A stretch of 64,000 nucleotides of DNA. It comes from an uncultured Piscirickettsiaceae bacterium (lineage in GTDB: Bacteria; Pseudomonadota; Gammaproteobacteria; Methylococcales; Cycloclasticaceae). Where the stretch lies: contig CAJXSK010000005.1 in assembly GCA_913061075.1 (NCBI GenBank), positions 38,089 to 102,088 on the forward strand, given 5' to 3'. A model generated the notes under the pieces. The model saw only the letters and a list, made by a program, of their open reading frames with translations, was not told where the DNA came from and ran no database searches. The position numbers were made by a program, and so were the translations under genes. Below, in pieces: positions 1-9,915 of this stretch (its first letter is position 1; each line of letters starts with the position of its first letter).

Positions 1-1
1 T

Positions 2-541
2 GAGGCAAACCGTCTACGAGACCTTGTAGATCGGATGCTGGGTTCAAGCGACGTTGTTAAGCACGAAGAAGTTAACGTGCATGTTGTTTTGGAAAGAGTA
101 AGGCAATTAGTGAAAGCTGAAGCGCTAGACAGAATAACCGTATGCACGGACTACGACCCAAGTATTCCTGACTTAGTATGTGACAAAGATCAGTTAATAC
201 AGGCGATTTTAAACATTGTTAAAAATGCTACTCAGGCCATAGAAGGCGAAGGCGACGTTGTACTTAAAACGCGCATACATAGAAACTTTATTATTGGGGA
301 AATGAATTTCAAACTGGGTATCAAAGTAGATATTATCGATAACGGACCAGGCATCAAAGGTGATATGCAAGAAACTGTCTTTTACCCAATGGTCACGACT
401 AAAGCAGATGGAACAGGGTTGGGATTATCTATTGCACAAACGAATGTACAGCGGCATAAAGGGTTGATTGAACTAACAAGCGAGCCTGGAAAAACAGTAT
501 TCTCAGTTATTTTACCTTTTGGGGTTGAAGATGGACGATAA
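2..541 (+). CDS. glnL: Nitrogen-regulation sensor histidine kinase NtrB/GlnL, C-terminal part (5' end lies outside the window)
   Basis: The frame is open from the window edge (EANRLRDLVDRM...). HATPase_c motifs are present: N-box QAILNIVKNA, G1 DNGPGI, G2 GTGLGLSIA. The gene overlaps the downstream sigma54 response regulator, as in glnL-glnG operons. Confidence 0.85.
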   Translation, partial: EANRLRDLVDRMLGSSDVVKHEEVNVHVVLERVRQLVKAEALDRITVCTDYDPSIPDLVCDKDQLIQAILNIVKNATQAIEGEGDVVLKTRIHRNFIIGEMNFKLGIKVDIIDNGPGIKGDMQETVFYPMVTTKADGTGLGLSIAQTNVQRHKGLIELTSEPGKTVFSVILPFGVEDGR

Positions 542-1931
542 GATAAGTGTATGGGTGGTGGATGACGATCGGTCAATACGGTGGGTCGTAGAAACAGCAT
601 TAAAAAAAGCTGGGCACATAGTTACTTGTTTTCCAGCGGCTGATGGCGTGGTGGAAATGATGGAAAAGGAAACGCCGGATGTTTTAATAACAGATATAAG
701 AATGCCCGGAAAAGATGGGATCGTTTTACTTCAAGAGCTACAAGCTCATTACCCAGATTTACCGGTTATTGTGATGACCGCCCACTCGGATATGGACAGT
801 GCTGTATCGGCCTATGATAGCGGCGCCTTTGAGTACCTACCTAAACCATTTGATATCGACGACTTGCTAAGCCAAGTCGAGCGTGCCTATATTCAAAGTA
901 ATACTGCGCTAAGTAAAGGGGAAGTCCCCAGTATGGGAACAAACTCCTCAGGCATTATTGGTGTCGCTCCATCGATGCAAGTTGTGTTTAGGGCAATAGG
1001 AAAATTGTCCCGATCAAATGTAACCGTGATGATTAATGGAGAATCCGGCACGGGAAAAGAGCTTGTGGCAAAGGCCCTCCATCAACATAGCCCTCGCGCA
1101 GATAATGCCTTTATTGCGCTTAACATGGCGGCGATACCAAAAGATTTAATTGAATCAGAATTGTTTGGCCATGAAAAGGGCGCGTTTACAGGTGCTTTAA
1201 GCCAACGAAAAGGCCGTTTTGAACAAGCCAATGGTGGAACACTGTTTTTAGATGAGATAGGCGATATGCCGTCAGATATGCAAACCCGGTTGTTGCGTGT
1301 GCTATCGGATGGTGAGTTCTATAAGGTGGGGGGGCATGAGCCAGTCAAGGTTGATGTTCGAATAGTTACAGCAACACATCAGGGGTTAGAAGGGCTAGTT
1401 AAAGAGGGGTTATTCAGAGAAGATCTATTTCATCGCTTAAATGTGGTGAGAATAGTGGTCCCACCTCTTAGAGACAGGCGTGAAGACATTCCTTTATTGC
1501 TTAACTACTTCTTATCTAGGGCTGCAAAAGAACTGTCAGTTGATATAAAGCAATTACACGGTTCAACGCTTGATTATTTAAAGAATCAAACGTGGCAAGG
1601 TAATGTTCGCGAGATTGAAAACTTGTGCCGTTGGTTAACGGTGATGTGCCCAACAAAAGAGATTCAATTAAAAGATTTACCGGTAGAACTATTAGAGAAA
1701 GAAGAAGAAATAAGAGTGGGTGGTGATTGGTTAACGTTAGTTAAGAAAGACATAGCCGATATGCTTCAACGGGGTGATACGGATGTCGCAAAAAAAATGG
1801 TATCGGCGTTAGAAAAAATATTAATTTACGAGGCGCTTGAATTCACTAACGGCAGGCGTCAAGATGCAGCTCAACACTTAGGCTGGGGCAGGAATACGTT
1901 AACAAGAAAAATTAAAGAGCTTGGGGCGTAA
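531..1931 (+). CDS. glnG: Nitrogen-regulation response regulator NtrC/GlnG (sigma54-dependent activator)
   Basis: Receiver domain (VWVVDDD, DIRMPG), AAA+ core with Walker A GESGTGKE and the GAFTGA sigma54-contact loop, and a C-terminal Fis-type HTH. ATG 531 (MDDKISVWVVDD) is preferred over the ORF-track start at 519. Confidence 0.9.
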   Translation: MDDKISVWVVDDDRSIRWVVETALKKAGHIVTCFPAADGVVEMMEKETPDVLITDIRMPGKDGIVLLQELQAHYPDLPVIVMTAHSDMDSAVSAYDSGAFEYLPKPFDIDDLLSQVERAYIQSNTALSKGEVPSMGTNSSGIIGVAPSMQVVFRAIGKLSRSNVTVMINGESGTGKELVAKALHQHSPRADNAFIALNMAAIPKDLIESELFGHEKGAFTGALSQRKGRFEQANGGTLFLDEIGDMPSDMQTRLLRVLSDGEFYKVGGHEPVKVDVRIVTATHQGLEGLVKEGLFREDLFHRLNVVRIVVPPLRDRREDIPLLLNYFLSRAAKELSVDIKQLHGSTLDYLKNQTWQGNVREIENLCRWLTVMCPTKEIQLKDLPVELLEKEEEIRVGGDWLTLVKKDIADMLQRGDTDVAKKMVSALEKILIYEALEFTNGRRQDAAQHLGWGRNTLTRKIKELGA

Positions 1932-1937
1932 AATAGT

Positions 1938-2867
1938 TTAAATATCAATACTGCCGATGAGCTCTGATAAGACATTGATGTTGTTTAATGCGAGGTAATC
2001 CTTAATATCATTATTAATTTTTTTACAGATAAGTGGATTGTAAAATAGCCCAGTTCCTATGCCAATGGCACTTGCCCCTGCAATCATAAACTCTATGGCG
2101 TCATTTGCATTGGTAATGCCGCCTTGGCCAATAATAGGAACATTGTGCAGCTTAGCGACTTGATACACTTGATGTACTTTTAATAAAGCAATGGGTTTAA
2201 TAGCCGGGCCAGATAAGCCGCCTTGAATATTGCCTATAACGGGTTTTCTGGTTTTAGTATCAATGGCCATCCCCATCAAGGTGTTAATAACCGATAGAGC
2301 GTCGCTACCGGCATCAATACAACGCCGTGCGCTTTCACCGATATCCGTTTGATTTGGCGACAGTTTGGTAATAATTGGTTTGCTGGTGACGGATCGACAC
2401 GCTTCCACAACGCGAGCGGACATGTCAGGGTCATTACCGAAGGTCACACCGCCTTCTTTAACATTTGGGCATGAAATGTTGATCTCTATGGCGGCGATAG
2501 CCGAATTATCAAATAGTCGGGTGACTTCTTGGTATTCTTCAATCGTAGAACCCGACACGTTGGCGATAAATTGTGTTTCATTCATATCAAGCGTCGGTAA
2601 AATGTCATTAACGACTTTATGAGCGCCTGGGTTCTGTAGGCCGATAGCATTAAGCATCCCAGACGGTGTTTCATAGACGCGGTGTGTTGGGTTACCTGGA
2701 CGAGCGTGCAATGTGGTGCCTTTTAGACAAACACCTCCAATATCAGCATGAGAGAAGCCTTCAACCCGGGTATATTCGTTGCCAAAACCAACGCAGCCCG
2801 ATAACAACACAAGCGGCGTTTGAAAATTTAATCCACAAAAACTAGATGAGAGAATTGAGTTAGGCAT
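1938..2867 (-). CDS. pyrD: Dihydroorotate dehydrogenase, class-1B-type catalytic subunit
   Basis: 309 aa with GMLNAIGLQNPG, active-site NISCPNVKEGG (Cys base, typical of class 1), GGLSGPAIKPIAL and a GGI..A.DA.EF..AGASA FMN-binding tail. Confidence 0.8.
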   Translation of the reverse strand: MPNSILSSSFCGLNFQTPLVLLSGCVGFGNEYTRVEGFSHADIGGVCLKGTTLHARPGNPTHRVYETPSGMLNAIGLQNPGAHKVVNDILPTLDMNETQFIANVSGSTIEEYQEVTRLFDNSAIAAIEINISCPNVKEGGVTFGNDPDMSARVVEACRSVTSKPIITKLSPNQTDIGESARRCIDAGSDALSVINTLMGMAIDTKTRKPVIGNIQGGLSGPAIKPIALLKVHQVYQVAKLHNVPIIGQGGITNANDAIEFMIAGASAIGIGTGLFYNPLICKKINNDIKDYLALNNINVLSELIGSIDI

Positions 2868-2927
2868 GGCGTACTTAAAATGTCATAATTCATGAATTAT
2901 ACCAGTTAATAAAAAGTCTAAAAGCCG

Positions 2928-3383
2928 ATGATTCATGTTGTGTTATTTGAACCAGAAATACCGCCTAATACCGGGAATGTAATGCGTTTATGTGCAAATT
3001 CAGGGGCTCGCCTTAGCCTGATACATCCGCTTGGGTTTGAGTTGGATAATAAAAAACTTCGACGGGCAGGTATGGATTATCGAGATTGGGCGGATGTAAA
3101 AGAATACCAAAGTTTTAACGAGTTTTTAACGGTTGAAATGCCTAACAATGTGTATGCCTTTTCTCGCTTTGCCAACAATAATTATTCAGAAGTAAGTTAT
3201 GAAGACGGCGATGCACTCGTATTTGGCCCAGAAACTCGCGGATTACCGAGCAGTGTTTTAGAGCAAGTGCCGGACGAAAATAAGTTGTTAATTCCTATGC
3301 GGGAAGGTAATAGAAGTTTAAATTTATCAAACTCAGTGGCGGTTGGTTTGTATGAAGCATGGAGACAGCTGGGATTTAAGTAG
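2928..3383 (+). CDS. trmL: tRNA (cytidine/uridine-2'-O)-methyltransferase TrmL (SPOUT family, YibK-like)
   Basis: 151 aa. N-terminus [21 protein letters not shown] and C-terminal knot motif [18 protein letters not shown] are typical of TrmL. Confidence 0.85.
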   Translation: MIHVVLFEPEIPPNTGNVMRLCANSGARLSLIHPLGFELDNKKLRRAGMDYRDWADVKEYQSFNEFLTVEMPNNVYAFSRFANNNYSEVSYEDGDALVFGPETRGLPSSVLEQVPDENKLLIPMREGNRSLNLSNSVAVGLYEAWRQLGFK

Positions 3384-4398
3384 CTTGCAGAGAAGGGACA
3401 ACCTTTTGAGCACGTAATAACAGTTTATTAACGGCAATTTCAGGGTCCAAACCCTCGTATAAAATGCGATAAACTTGTGTACAGATGGGCATATCAAGAG
3501 CCCACTTCTTACATAATGAATTTACTTCACGGGCGGCATGAATGCCTTCGACTTCTTGGCCGATTGTTTTAACGGCGGTTTGTAGATCTGTTCCTTGGCC
3601 TAACTGTAAGCCTAGGCGACGATTTCGAGATTTGTCATCGGTACAGGTTAAAACCAAATCGCCCACGCCGGCTAAACCAAGGAAAGAGCTTTCTGAGCAC
3701 TGGTGCATATGGCCCAATTGAACCATTTCATTGAGACCCAGTGTTATAAGCGCAGCACGAGCGTTCGCACCAAAACCTAATCCATCCGAAATGCCGGCCG
3801 CAATGGCCAAGATGTTTTTAATGGAACCGCCAATTTCAGCACTGGCTATATGGTTGCTTGGGAATGCTAAAAAACGTTTGTTTCTTAAAATATCTGCAAT
3901 GTAACTCGCATCATCAATACTGGGTGAAGCAACAACGATGGCGGTTGGCAAGTCTTGAGCCACTTCAAGCGCAAAGCTAGGGCCAGATATTAATGCCATT
4001 CGTGTGTTTTTGCCGAGCTCTTGTTCCACGACTTCATGGGTTAATAAGCCAGTATCGGTTTCGAACCCCTTAGTAATCCAAGTAACAAAGGTATTTTTTT
4101 GAAGAAATGGTTTGCACTTGATTAAGGTGCTTCTAAATGCGTGGCTAGGAACGCCAACCATGATGAACGTGTGTTCGGATACGGTTTTTTCTAAATCCTT
4201 GCTAGGGGTTAGCGTACCGGGGAACGTGATGTTAGGTAAAAAAGTTGTGTTTGCGCGATCTTTTATCAGCGACTCGATATGTGCTGGGTTATGACCCCAT
4301 AGTGTTACATGATGTCCGCTTCTGGCAAGCATAATCGCCATAGCGGTTCCCCAAGAACCTGCGCCAAGAACAGCAATTTTCTCAGGGGCTTTTGTCAT
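3376..4398 (-). CDS. gpsA: NAD(P)H-dependent glycerol-3-phosphate dehydrogenase
   Basis: Rossmann N-terminus [14 protein letters not shown] and the GxKNxxAIAAG motif ([15 protein letters not shown]). It lies directly downstream of secB, as in the enterobacterial secB-gpsA arrangement. Confidence 0.92.
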   Translation of the reverse strand: MTKAPEKIAVLGAGSWGTAMAIMLARSGHHVTLWGHNPAHIESLIKDRANTTFLPNITFPGTLTPSKDLEKTVSEHTFIMVGVPSHAFRSTLIKCKPFLQKNTFVTWITKGFETDTGLLTHEVVEQELGKNTRMALISGPSFALEVAQDLPTAIVVASPSIDDASYIADILRNKRFLAFPSNHIASAEIGGSIKNILAIAAGISDGLGFGANARAALITLGLNEMVQLGHMHQCSESSFLGLAGVGDLVLTCTDDKSRNRRLGLQLGQGTDLQTAVKTIGQEVEGIHAAREVNSLCKKWALDMPICTQVYRILYEGLDPEIAVNKLLLRAQKVVPSLQAT

Positions 4399-4401
4399 GG
4401 T

Positions 4402-4872
4402 TTAGTTAGCCTTACTTTTGTCCATTTTTTGCATTTGTTGAGCATACAAAGCATCAAAGTTAACGGGGTTAAGTAACATTTGAGGGAATCCACCTTTTGT
4501 TACAAGTTCTGAAACCACTTCTCGTAAGTAGGGGAACAAAACGCTTGGGCAGAAGCTGCCTAATAACGGCCCCATTTCTTGATCAGAGAAACCGCTTACA
4601 CCGAAAATACCCACTTGGGTCGCTTCAACCAAATACGCTGTTTTATCATTGTTTTTAACAGTGACTGTTACGGTGATAGATGTTTCATAAAGGTTTTGCG
4701 GCGCCTTATTTGTCTTTGTACTTAGATTTAAATCAACATGCGGCTCCCATTTTTCAGTAAATACCATTGGCGCTTCAGGTGATTCAAACGAAATGTCTTT
4801 AACGTATAGTTTTTGAATAGCAAATTGTTTTTCTGCGGGTGTTGCTGTATCTTCTTTTTCTTTATCAGCCAT
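4402..4872 (-). CDS. secB: Protein-export chaperone SecB
   Basis: 156 aa. FAIQKLYVKDISFESP... and LFPYLREVVSELVTKGGFP are characteristic SecB segments. Synteny with gpsA supports the call. Confidence 0.92.
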   Translation of the reverse strand: MADKEKEDTATPAEKQFAIQKLYVKDISFESPEAPMVFTEKWEPHVDLNLSTKTNKAPQNLYETSITVTVTVKNNDKTAYLVEATQVGIFGVSGFSDQEMGPLLGSFCPSVLFPYLREVVSELVTKGGFPQMLLNPVNFDALYAQQMQKMDKSKAN

Positions 4873-4934
4873 GATTGTGTGCCTTTAGGTATAAGTTTGA
4901 ATTACGTTGTAATAGTGGTTATTTTTTTGCCAAT

Positions 4935-5360
4935 TTATTTTTTAACGAGAGGCATATTGGCATCTAGCCATGATTGGATGCCGCCATTTAATGCGTTGAT
5001 ATTAGTGAAACCTTGCTTGCTTAATATCTTACAAGCTTCATCAGCACGCATGCCGGATTTACAGTAAAAAAGCAGAGGCCGTTCGCCATATTTTTTCAAC
5101 TTCTCTGCTTGATCCTTGATGCTGCTTAAAGGGATATGAACCGCATCAGCGATATGCCCTTCTTTAAACTCACTGGGGGTACGCGTATCGATAACAACAG
5201 CATTATCTCGATTGATTAAACCGATAACTTCTGGCGCTGATAGCAGTTTGTACTTTCGAGTAGCATCACTATAAACGGTTTGTAAAAGTAAAATGATGAT
5301 GAGAAGCAAGGCAACGAACAAGATGATGTGGTTGCCCATAAATTCTATATAGAGATCCAT
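4935..5360 (-). CDS. Membrane-anchored single-domain rhodanese (YibN-like sulfurtransferase)
   Basis: An N-terminal hydrophobic helix (IILFVALLLIIILLL) is followed by a rhodanese domain with active-site loop CKSGMR. The position upstream of secB matches yibN. Confidence 0.8.
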   Translation of the reverse strand: MDLYIEFMGNHIILFVALLLIIILLLQTVYSDATRKYKLLSAPEVIGLINRDNAVVIDTRTPSEFKEGHIADAVHIPLSSIKDQAEKLKKYGERPLLFYCKSGMRADEACKILSKQGFTNINALNGGIQSWLDANMPLVKK

Positions 5361-5380
5361 TATGTAATATATTTTTTAGC

Positions 5381-5689
5381 TTAAGAGGAGAAGGTTTTAA
5401 GTAATTGCACTAACTCAATGGTGCTATTACTGGCGACTTTATAAATCACTTGGGTCGCGTTTTTTCGGCAGTTCAAAACGCCTTTATCTCGCATGATGGC
5501 GAGGTGTTGGGAGACATTGCTTTGAGACGTACCAACACTATCAATGAGTTCTTGAACGGTTTTTTCACCGTGGCTCAACTGGCAAATTATTTTTAACCGA
5601 AGAGGGTGAGCAAGAACCTTTAAGCGGCCTGCAGCCTCGATTATCTGTGTATCATTATTAATAAGGATATCAGGTGCTTCGTTAGACAT
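5381..5689 (-). CDS. ArsR/SmtB-family transcriptional regulator
   Basis: Winged-HTH signature LKVLAHPLRLKIICQL...TVQELIDSVGTSQSNVSQHLAIMRDKGVL. The start is chosen at MSNEAPD (cat at 5687-5689); the ORF-track start at 5728 is also possible. Confidence 0.8.
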   Translation of the reverse strand: MSNEAPDILINNDTQIIEAAGRLKVLAHPLRLKIICQLSHGEKTVQELIDSVGTSQSNVSQHLAIMRDKGVLNCRKNATQVIYKVASNSTIELVQLLKTFSS

Positions 5690-5803
5690 ATGAGATTTCC
5701 GGTAAAGTAACGTTAGTTTGCGCATCAAATGCGCGAATATCGTAAAATAATTCTATATACGTATTATCAAGCATTATAACAAGCAAATCATGGAGAAAAC
5801 ATT

Positions 5804-7357
5804 TTGAATGCCAAATTAACGCCGAAGCCAGTTGTCCTGATGATTTTAGATGGTTTTGGGTATTCTGAATCAACTGAATTTAATGCGATTGCATCTGCAA
5901 ACACACCCGTATGGGATGCGCTTTGGCGCGAACACCCTCACGCATTATTAGACTGCTCAGGCTCGGCTGTAGGCTTGCCTGACCGACAAATGGGCAACTC
6001 AGAAGTGGGCCATTTACACCTCGGTGCAGGGCGATTATTGGCACAAACGTTTACGCGTTTAAATGATGATGTGGCTTCGGGGCAGTTTAAAAAAAATACT
6101 GTGCTGAAAGATATGGTTAACAGTGTTGTAGCAGATGAAGCGGCTCTTCACGTTATTGGTCTATTGTCACCAGGCGGCGTGCATAGCCATGAAGATCATA
6201 TTAAGGCGATGCTAGAAATGGCGGCCGAGCAAGGGGTTAAAAAACTTTACTTGCACGCCATTTTAGATGGCCGGGATACACCACCACGAAGTGCGCAAGC
6301 ATCGCTAGATAAAATGGACGACACGTTTGTCAAATTAGGTCTTGGAAAAACGGCCTCAGTCATCGGTCGGTTTTATGCAATGGATAGAGATAACCGGTGG
6401 GATCGAGTTCAGCAAGCTTATGACTTGATAACGGATGGCGATGCTGCTTTCACTGCTAATTCGGCAACAGAAGCATTATTAGCGGCATACAACCGAGATG
6501 AGACGGATGAGTTCGTATTGCCTACCAGTATTTGTTCAAAAGGTGATGAACCTGTGCGGATAATTGATGGCGATAGTGTCGTGTTTATGAACTTTAGGGC
6601 AGATAGAACACGAGAACTAACGCGAGCTTTTACAGAGGACGGTTTTGCCGACTTTACAAGGCAGCGCCAAGCGACCATTAAACAGTTCGTTTGTTTAACC
6701 GAGTATCACGAAAAGTTTGATTTGCCGGTAGCGTATTTACCGCAAACAATTAGTAATAGCTTTGGTGAAGTCTTAGCAAAAAAAGGGCTAAAACAACTGC
6801 GCATTGCAGAAACAGAAAAGTATGCGCACGTTACTTTTTTCTTTAATGGCGGTGTCGATATCCCAAATGAAGGTGAGGACAGAGTGTTGATACCGTCACC
6901 AGATGTAAAAACGTATGACTTACAGCCTGAAATGAATGCACCTGAATTAACAGATAAGCTGGTTCAAGCCATTCTATCTAAACAGTACGATGCGATTATT
7001 ACAAATTATGCTAATTGCGACATGGTTGGCCATACGGGTAATTTTGATGCCGCAGTCAGTGCCGTTGAAGCCATCGATAACAGCATAGGAAGAGTGGTTG
7101 CTGCAATAAAAGAAGCGGGTGGAGAAGTCTTTATTACGGCGGATCACGGCAACGCCGAACAAATGTCTGACCCTTCAACAGGGCAAACTCATACGGCGCA
7201 TACGACTAACCCCGTGCCGTTTTTATATGTCGGTCGCGAAGCAGCATTAGCTTCGTCAGGTGATTTAGCAGATGTTTCACCCACCTTATTGATTGCAATG
7301 GGGGTTGATATACCCGATGAAATGACGGGTGATAGCCTGCTGATTTTGAAAAACTAA
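5804..7357 (+). CDS. gpmI: 2,3-bisphosphoglycerate-independent phosphoglycerate mutase
   Basis: 517 aa. N-terminus VVLMILDGFG, catalytic-Ser region GNSEVGHLHLGAGR, and C-terminal ITADHGNAE. The start codon is TTG. Confidence 0.93.
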   Translation: MNAKLTPKPVVLMILDGFGYSESTEFNAIASANTPVWDALWREHPHALLDCSGSAVGLPDRQMGNSEVGHLHLGAGRLLAQTFTRLNDDVASGQFKKNTVLKDMVNSVVADEAALHVIGLLSPGGVHSHEDHIKAMLEMAAEQGVKKLYLHAILDGRDTPPRSAQASLDKMDDTFVKLGLGKTASVIGRFYAMDRDNRWDRVQQAYDLITDGDAAFTANSATEALLAAYNRDETDEFVLPTSICSKGDEPVRIIDGDSVVFMNFRADRTRELTRAFTEDGFADFTRQRQATIKQFVCLTEYHEKFDLPVAYLPQTISNSFGEVLAKKGLKQLRIAETEKYAHVTFFFNGGVDIPNEGEDRVLIPSPDVKTYDLQPEMNAPELTDKLVQAILSKQYDAIITNYANCDMVGHTGNFDAAVSAVEAIDNSIGRVVAAIKEAGGEVFITADHGNAEQMSDPSTGQTHTAHTTNPVPFLYVGREAALASSGDLADVSPTLLIAMGVDIPDEMTGDSLLILKN

Positions 7358-7365
7358 GTAGACCT

Positions 7366-8520
7366 TTGTATTTTAAAATAGCCTGTTTTTGCTTTCTCCT
7401 GCTATCACCAATTCTGGCGATAGCAGACCAAGAAGCGGATAAAGCACAGCAATTAACCGAGTTACGGCAAAAAATGTCGGCGGTTAAACAAACAATGGCA
7501 GCTAATCAACAGACGTTGTCTAAAGAAGAAAAGGCGTTACAAAAAGTTGAAACGGACTTAGGCAGGTCGACCAGCATACTGCGAAAATTAAACAGTAAAC
7601 TCAGTGCTATTAAGAAGAAAATAGCGGGCTTAAAAAACAAACAAGGTGACCTGAAAAACCAAATTACTCAGCAAAAACATAATCTTGCAGAACAGCTTCG
7701 TTCTGCCCATGTGATGGGAAAGCAGCAACAAATTAAGCTTTTATTAAACCAAGAAGACCCCAATAAACTCAGTAGGGTAATGAAGTACTATGATATTTTT
7801 AACCAAACGCGAATTGAAAATGTTCGGACGTTAAAGGTTGCTATAACAGAACTGAGCCAAGTTGAAGAGCAGCTGGCAAGTGAAAAACTTGCATTAACAC
7901 CGGTTGTTGAATCTAGGGCGGCAGAGCAACAGACGTTATTGCAATCTAAGAAGAAGCGATCAGTTGTGCTGGCGAGCCTTCAAAAACGTTTAAAAGAGGG
8001 AGGCTCAGAGCTTAAGCGTTTACAAGATAACGAAAAAAGGTTGGCAAACTTGTTAGTGAGTATTCGTCAAGCGATTGAAACAATTCCCATTGCGGAGAGT
8101 AAAAACAAAGCATTCCAATCACTAAAGGGTAAACTTCGTTGGCCCCTAAAAGGCGCGTTACATAAACGATTTGGCAGCGCACGAAAATCTGGCCGGCTAG
8201 ACGGTGTGTTAATTTCTGCAAGAGAAGGGACTACTATCAGGTCTATCTCACATGGTAGAGTTGTTTTCGCAGACTGGCTTCGTGGTTACGGCTTGTTATT
8301 AATTATTGATCATGGCGAAAGCTATCTCAGCTTGTATGCGTTTAATGAAAGTCTATATAAAGATGTGGGTGATTGGGTGGAAGAAGGTGAATCAGTAGCA
8401 ACCGTTGGAATTAGCGGTGGACAACAAAAAGCTGGTCTATACTTTGGCATTAGAAAAAATGGAAAACCGGTGAATCCTACTCATTGGTGTCGAGCAGTTA
8501 AAAAAGGTCGTGTAGGATAG
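7366..8520 (+). CDS. envC: Murein hydrolase activator EnvC-like (coiled coil plus degenerate M23/LytM domain)
   Basis: Signal peptide, a long Q/K/E-rich coiled coil, and a C-terminal LytM domain (GLLLIIDHGESYLSLY, LYFGIRKNGKPVNP). It follows gpmI as in gpmM-envC. Confidence 0.85.
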   Translation: MYFKIACFCFLLLSPILAIADQEADKAQQLTELRQKMSAVKQTMAANQQTLSKEEKALQKVETDLGRSTSILRKLNSKLSAIKKKIAGLKNKQGDLKNQITQQKHNLAEQLRSAHVMGKQQQIKLLLNQEDPNKLSRVMKYYDIFNQTRIENVRTLKVAITELSQVEEQLASEKLALTPVVESRAAEQQTLLQSKKKRSVVLASLQKRLKEGGSELKRLQDNEKRLANLLVSIRQAIETIPIAESKNKAFQSLKGKLRWPLKGALHKRFGSARKSGRLDGVLISAREGTTIRSISHGRVVFADWLRGYGLLLIIDHGESYLSLYAFNESLYKDVGDWVEEGESVATVGISGGQQKAGLYFGIRKNGKPVNPTHWCRAVKKGRVG

Positions 8521-8543
8521 CGACAGAATATAAATGGATTGGA

Positions 8544-9842
8544 GTGACTATGAATTTTATGCGTAAAACATTACCCGTTTTAATGGTGGGTGCAGTGTTG
8601 GGTGTGTTGGTAAGTGTTGGCGGTATGGTGTTTGCTGAAAAAGAGCCCAATCAACAAATGGGTACGTTACCGTTAGAAGATTTACGCGCTTTCTCCGAAG
8701 TGTTTGGGCAAATAAAGGCCTCTTATGTAGAAGAAGTTAGCGACCATGACTTATTAGAAAACGCTATTAAAGGCATGTTGAGCGGATTAGACCCTCATTC
8801 AACCTATCTAGATAAAAAAGCATTTACGAGCCTTCAAGAAGGCACCCGAGGCGAGTTCGGTGGTTTAGGTATTGAAGTAGGTATGGAAGACGGTTTTGTA
8901 AAAATCGTAGCGCCTATCGATGATACGCCGGCGTATAAAGCCGGTGTTAAATCAGGCGATTTAGTTATTCGACTAGATGAAAAGCCGGTTAAAGGTATGG
9001 ATTTGGCAGATGCCGTTAAGATCATGCGTGGAAAACCAGGCACTGATATTGTGCTAACTATTATTAGAGAAGGCGAAGAGAAGCCTTTAAAAATCACAAT
9101 CACGCGAGATATCATTAAAGTGGTTAGTGTTAAAAACCGGATGTTAGAACCGGGTTACGGTTATATACGTATTGCTAGCTTCCAATCAAGAACGGGCTCA
9201 AACTTACGCGATGCCATTTCTGAACTTAAAAAGGAAAATAAAGCAGAACCATTAAATGGACTCGTGTTGGACTTAAGAAATAACCCTGGTGGGCTATTAA
9301 ATGCGGCTGTATCGGTCAGCGATGCATTTCTAACATCAGGCCTTATTGTCTATACACAAGGGCGAATTGAAAACTCTCGGATGACGTTTAAAGCCAACCC
9401 AGATGACTTGTTGAAAGGTGCGCCAATTGTCGTGTTAATAAACGGCGGTTCAGCATCAGCGTCAGAAATTGTTGCCGGCGCACTTCAAGACCATAAACGA
9501 GCCGTTATTATGGGTCAGCAAAGTTTTGGTAAAGGGTCTGTGCAAACCGTATTGCCAAGTGGCAAACACAGTGCCATTAAACTAACGACAGCACGTTACT
9601 TTACGCCATCAGGTCGCTCCATTCAGGCCGAAGGTATCGCGCCAGACGTGGAGTTATCTCGAGTTAAGTTGGAGCAAATTGACGATGGTTATGTACCCGT
9701 CAAAGAAAAAGACCTAACCAAGCACTTGTCTAATGGCGAAGCTGAAGAGGCTAAAGAAAAAGAAAATACCAAAAAAGTAAATAACGACTACCCTTTAAAC
9801 GAAGCGCTTAACTTATTAAAGGGTATTAATATTCTTAAATAA
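8544..9842 (+). CDS. ctpA: Carboxy-terminal processing protease (S41 family)
   Basis: PDZ domain (GGLGIEV...PAYKAGVKSGD), S41 catalytic region LINGGSASASEIVAGALQD, and KGSVQT. The start could be GTG 8544 or the ATGs at 8550 or 8559. Confidence 0.9.
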   Translation: MTMNFMRKTLPVLMVGAVLGVLVSVGGMVFAEKEPNQQMGTLPLEDLRAFSEVFGQIKASYVEEVSDHDLLENAIKGMLSGLDPHSTYLDKKAFTSLQEGTRGEFGGLGIEVGMEDGFVKIVAPIDDTPAYKAGVKSGDLVIRLDEKPVKGMDLADAVKIMRGKPGTDIVLTIIREGEEKPLKITITRDIIKVVSVKNRMLEPGYGYIRIASFQSRTGSNLRDAISELKKENKAEPLNGLVLDLRNNPGGLLNAAVSVSDAFLTSGLIVYTQGRIENSRMTFKANPDDLLKGAPIVVLINGGSASASEIVAGALQDHKRAVIMGQQSFGKGSVQTVLPSGKHSAIKLTTARYFTPSGRSIQAEGIAPDVELSRVKLEQIDDGYVPVKEKDLTKHLSNGEAEEAKEKENTKKVNNDYPLNEALNLLKGINILK

Positions 9843-9915
9843 GGCGTGTTATTAGGGCAGCACTATTAAATTAACGACAGTATCAAGATTTCAACAGGGC
9901 CTTATATGGGCCCTG

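Noticed and set aside
519-530. The ORF-track start of ntrC at 519 (MGLKMDDK).
   Set aside because: The ATG at 531 gives the canonical receiver-domain N-terminus (MDDKISVWVVDDD). The earlier start lies deeper inside ntrB. The choice is not certain.
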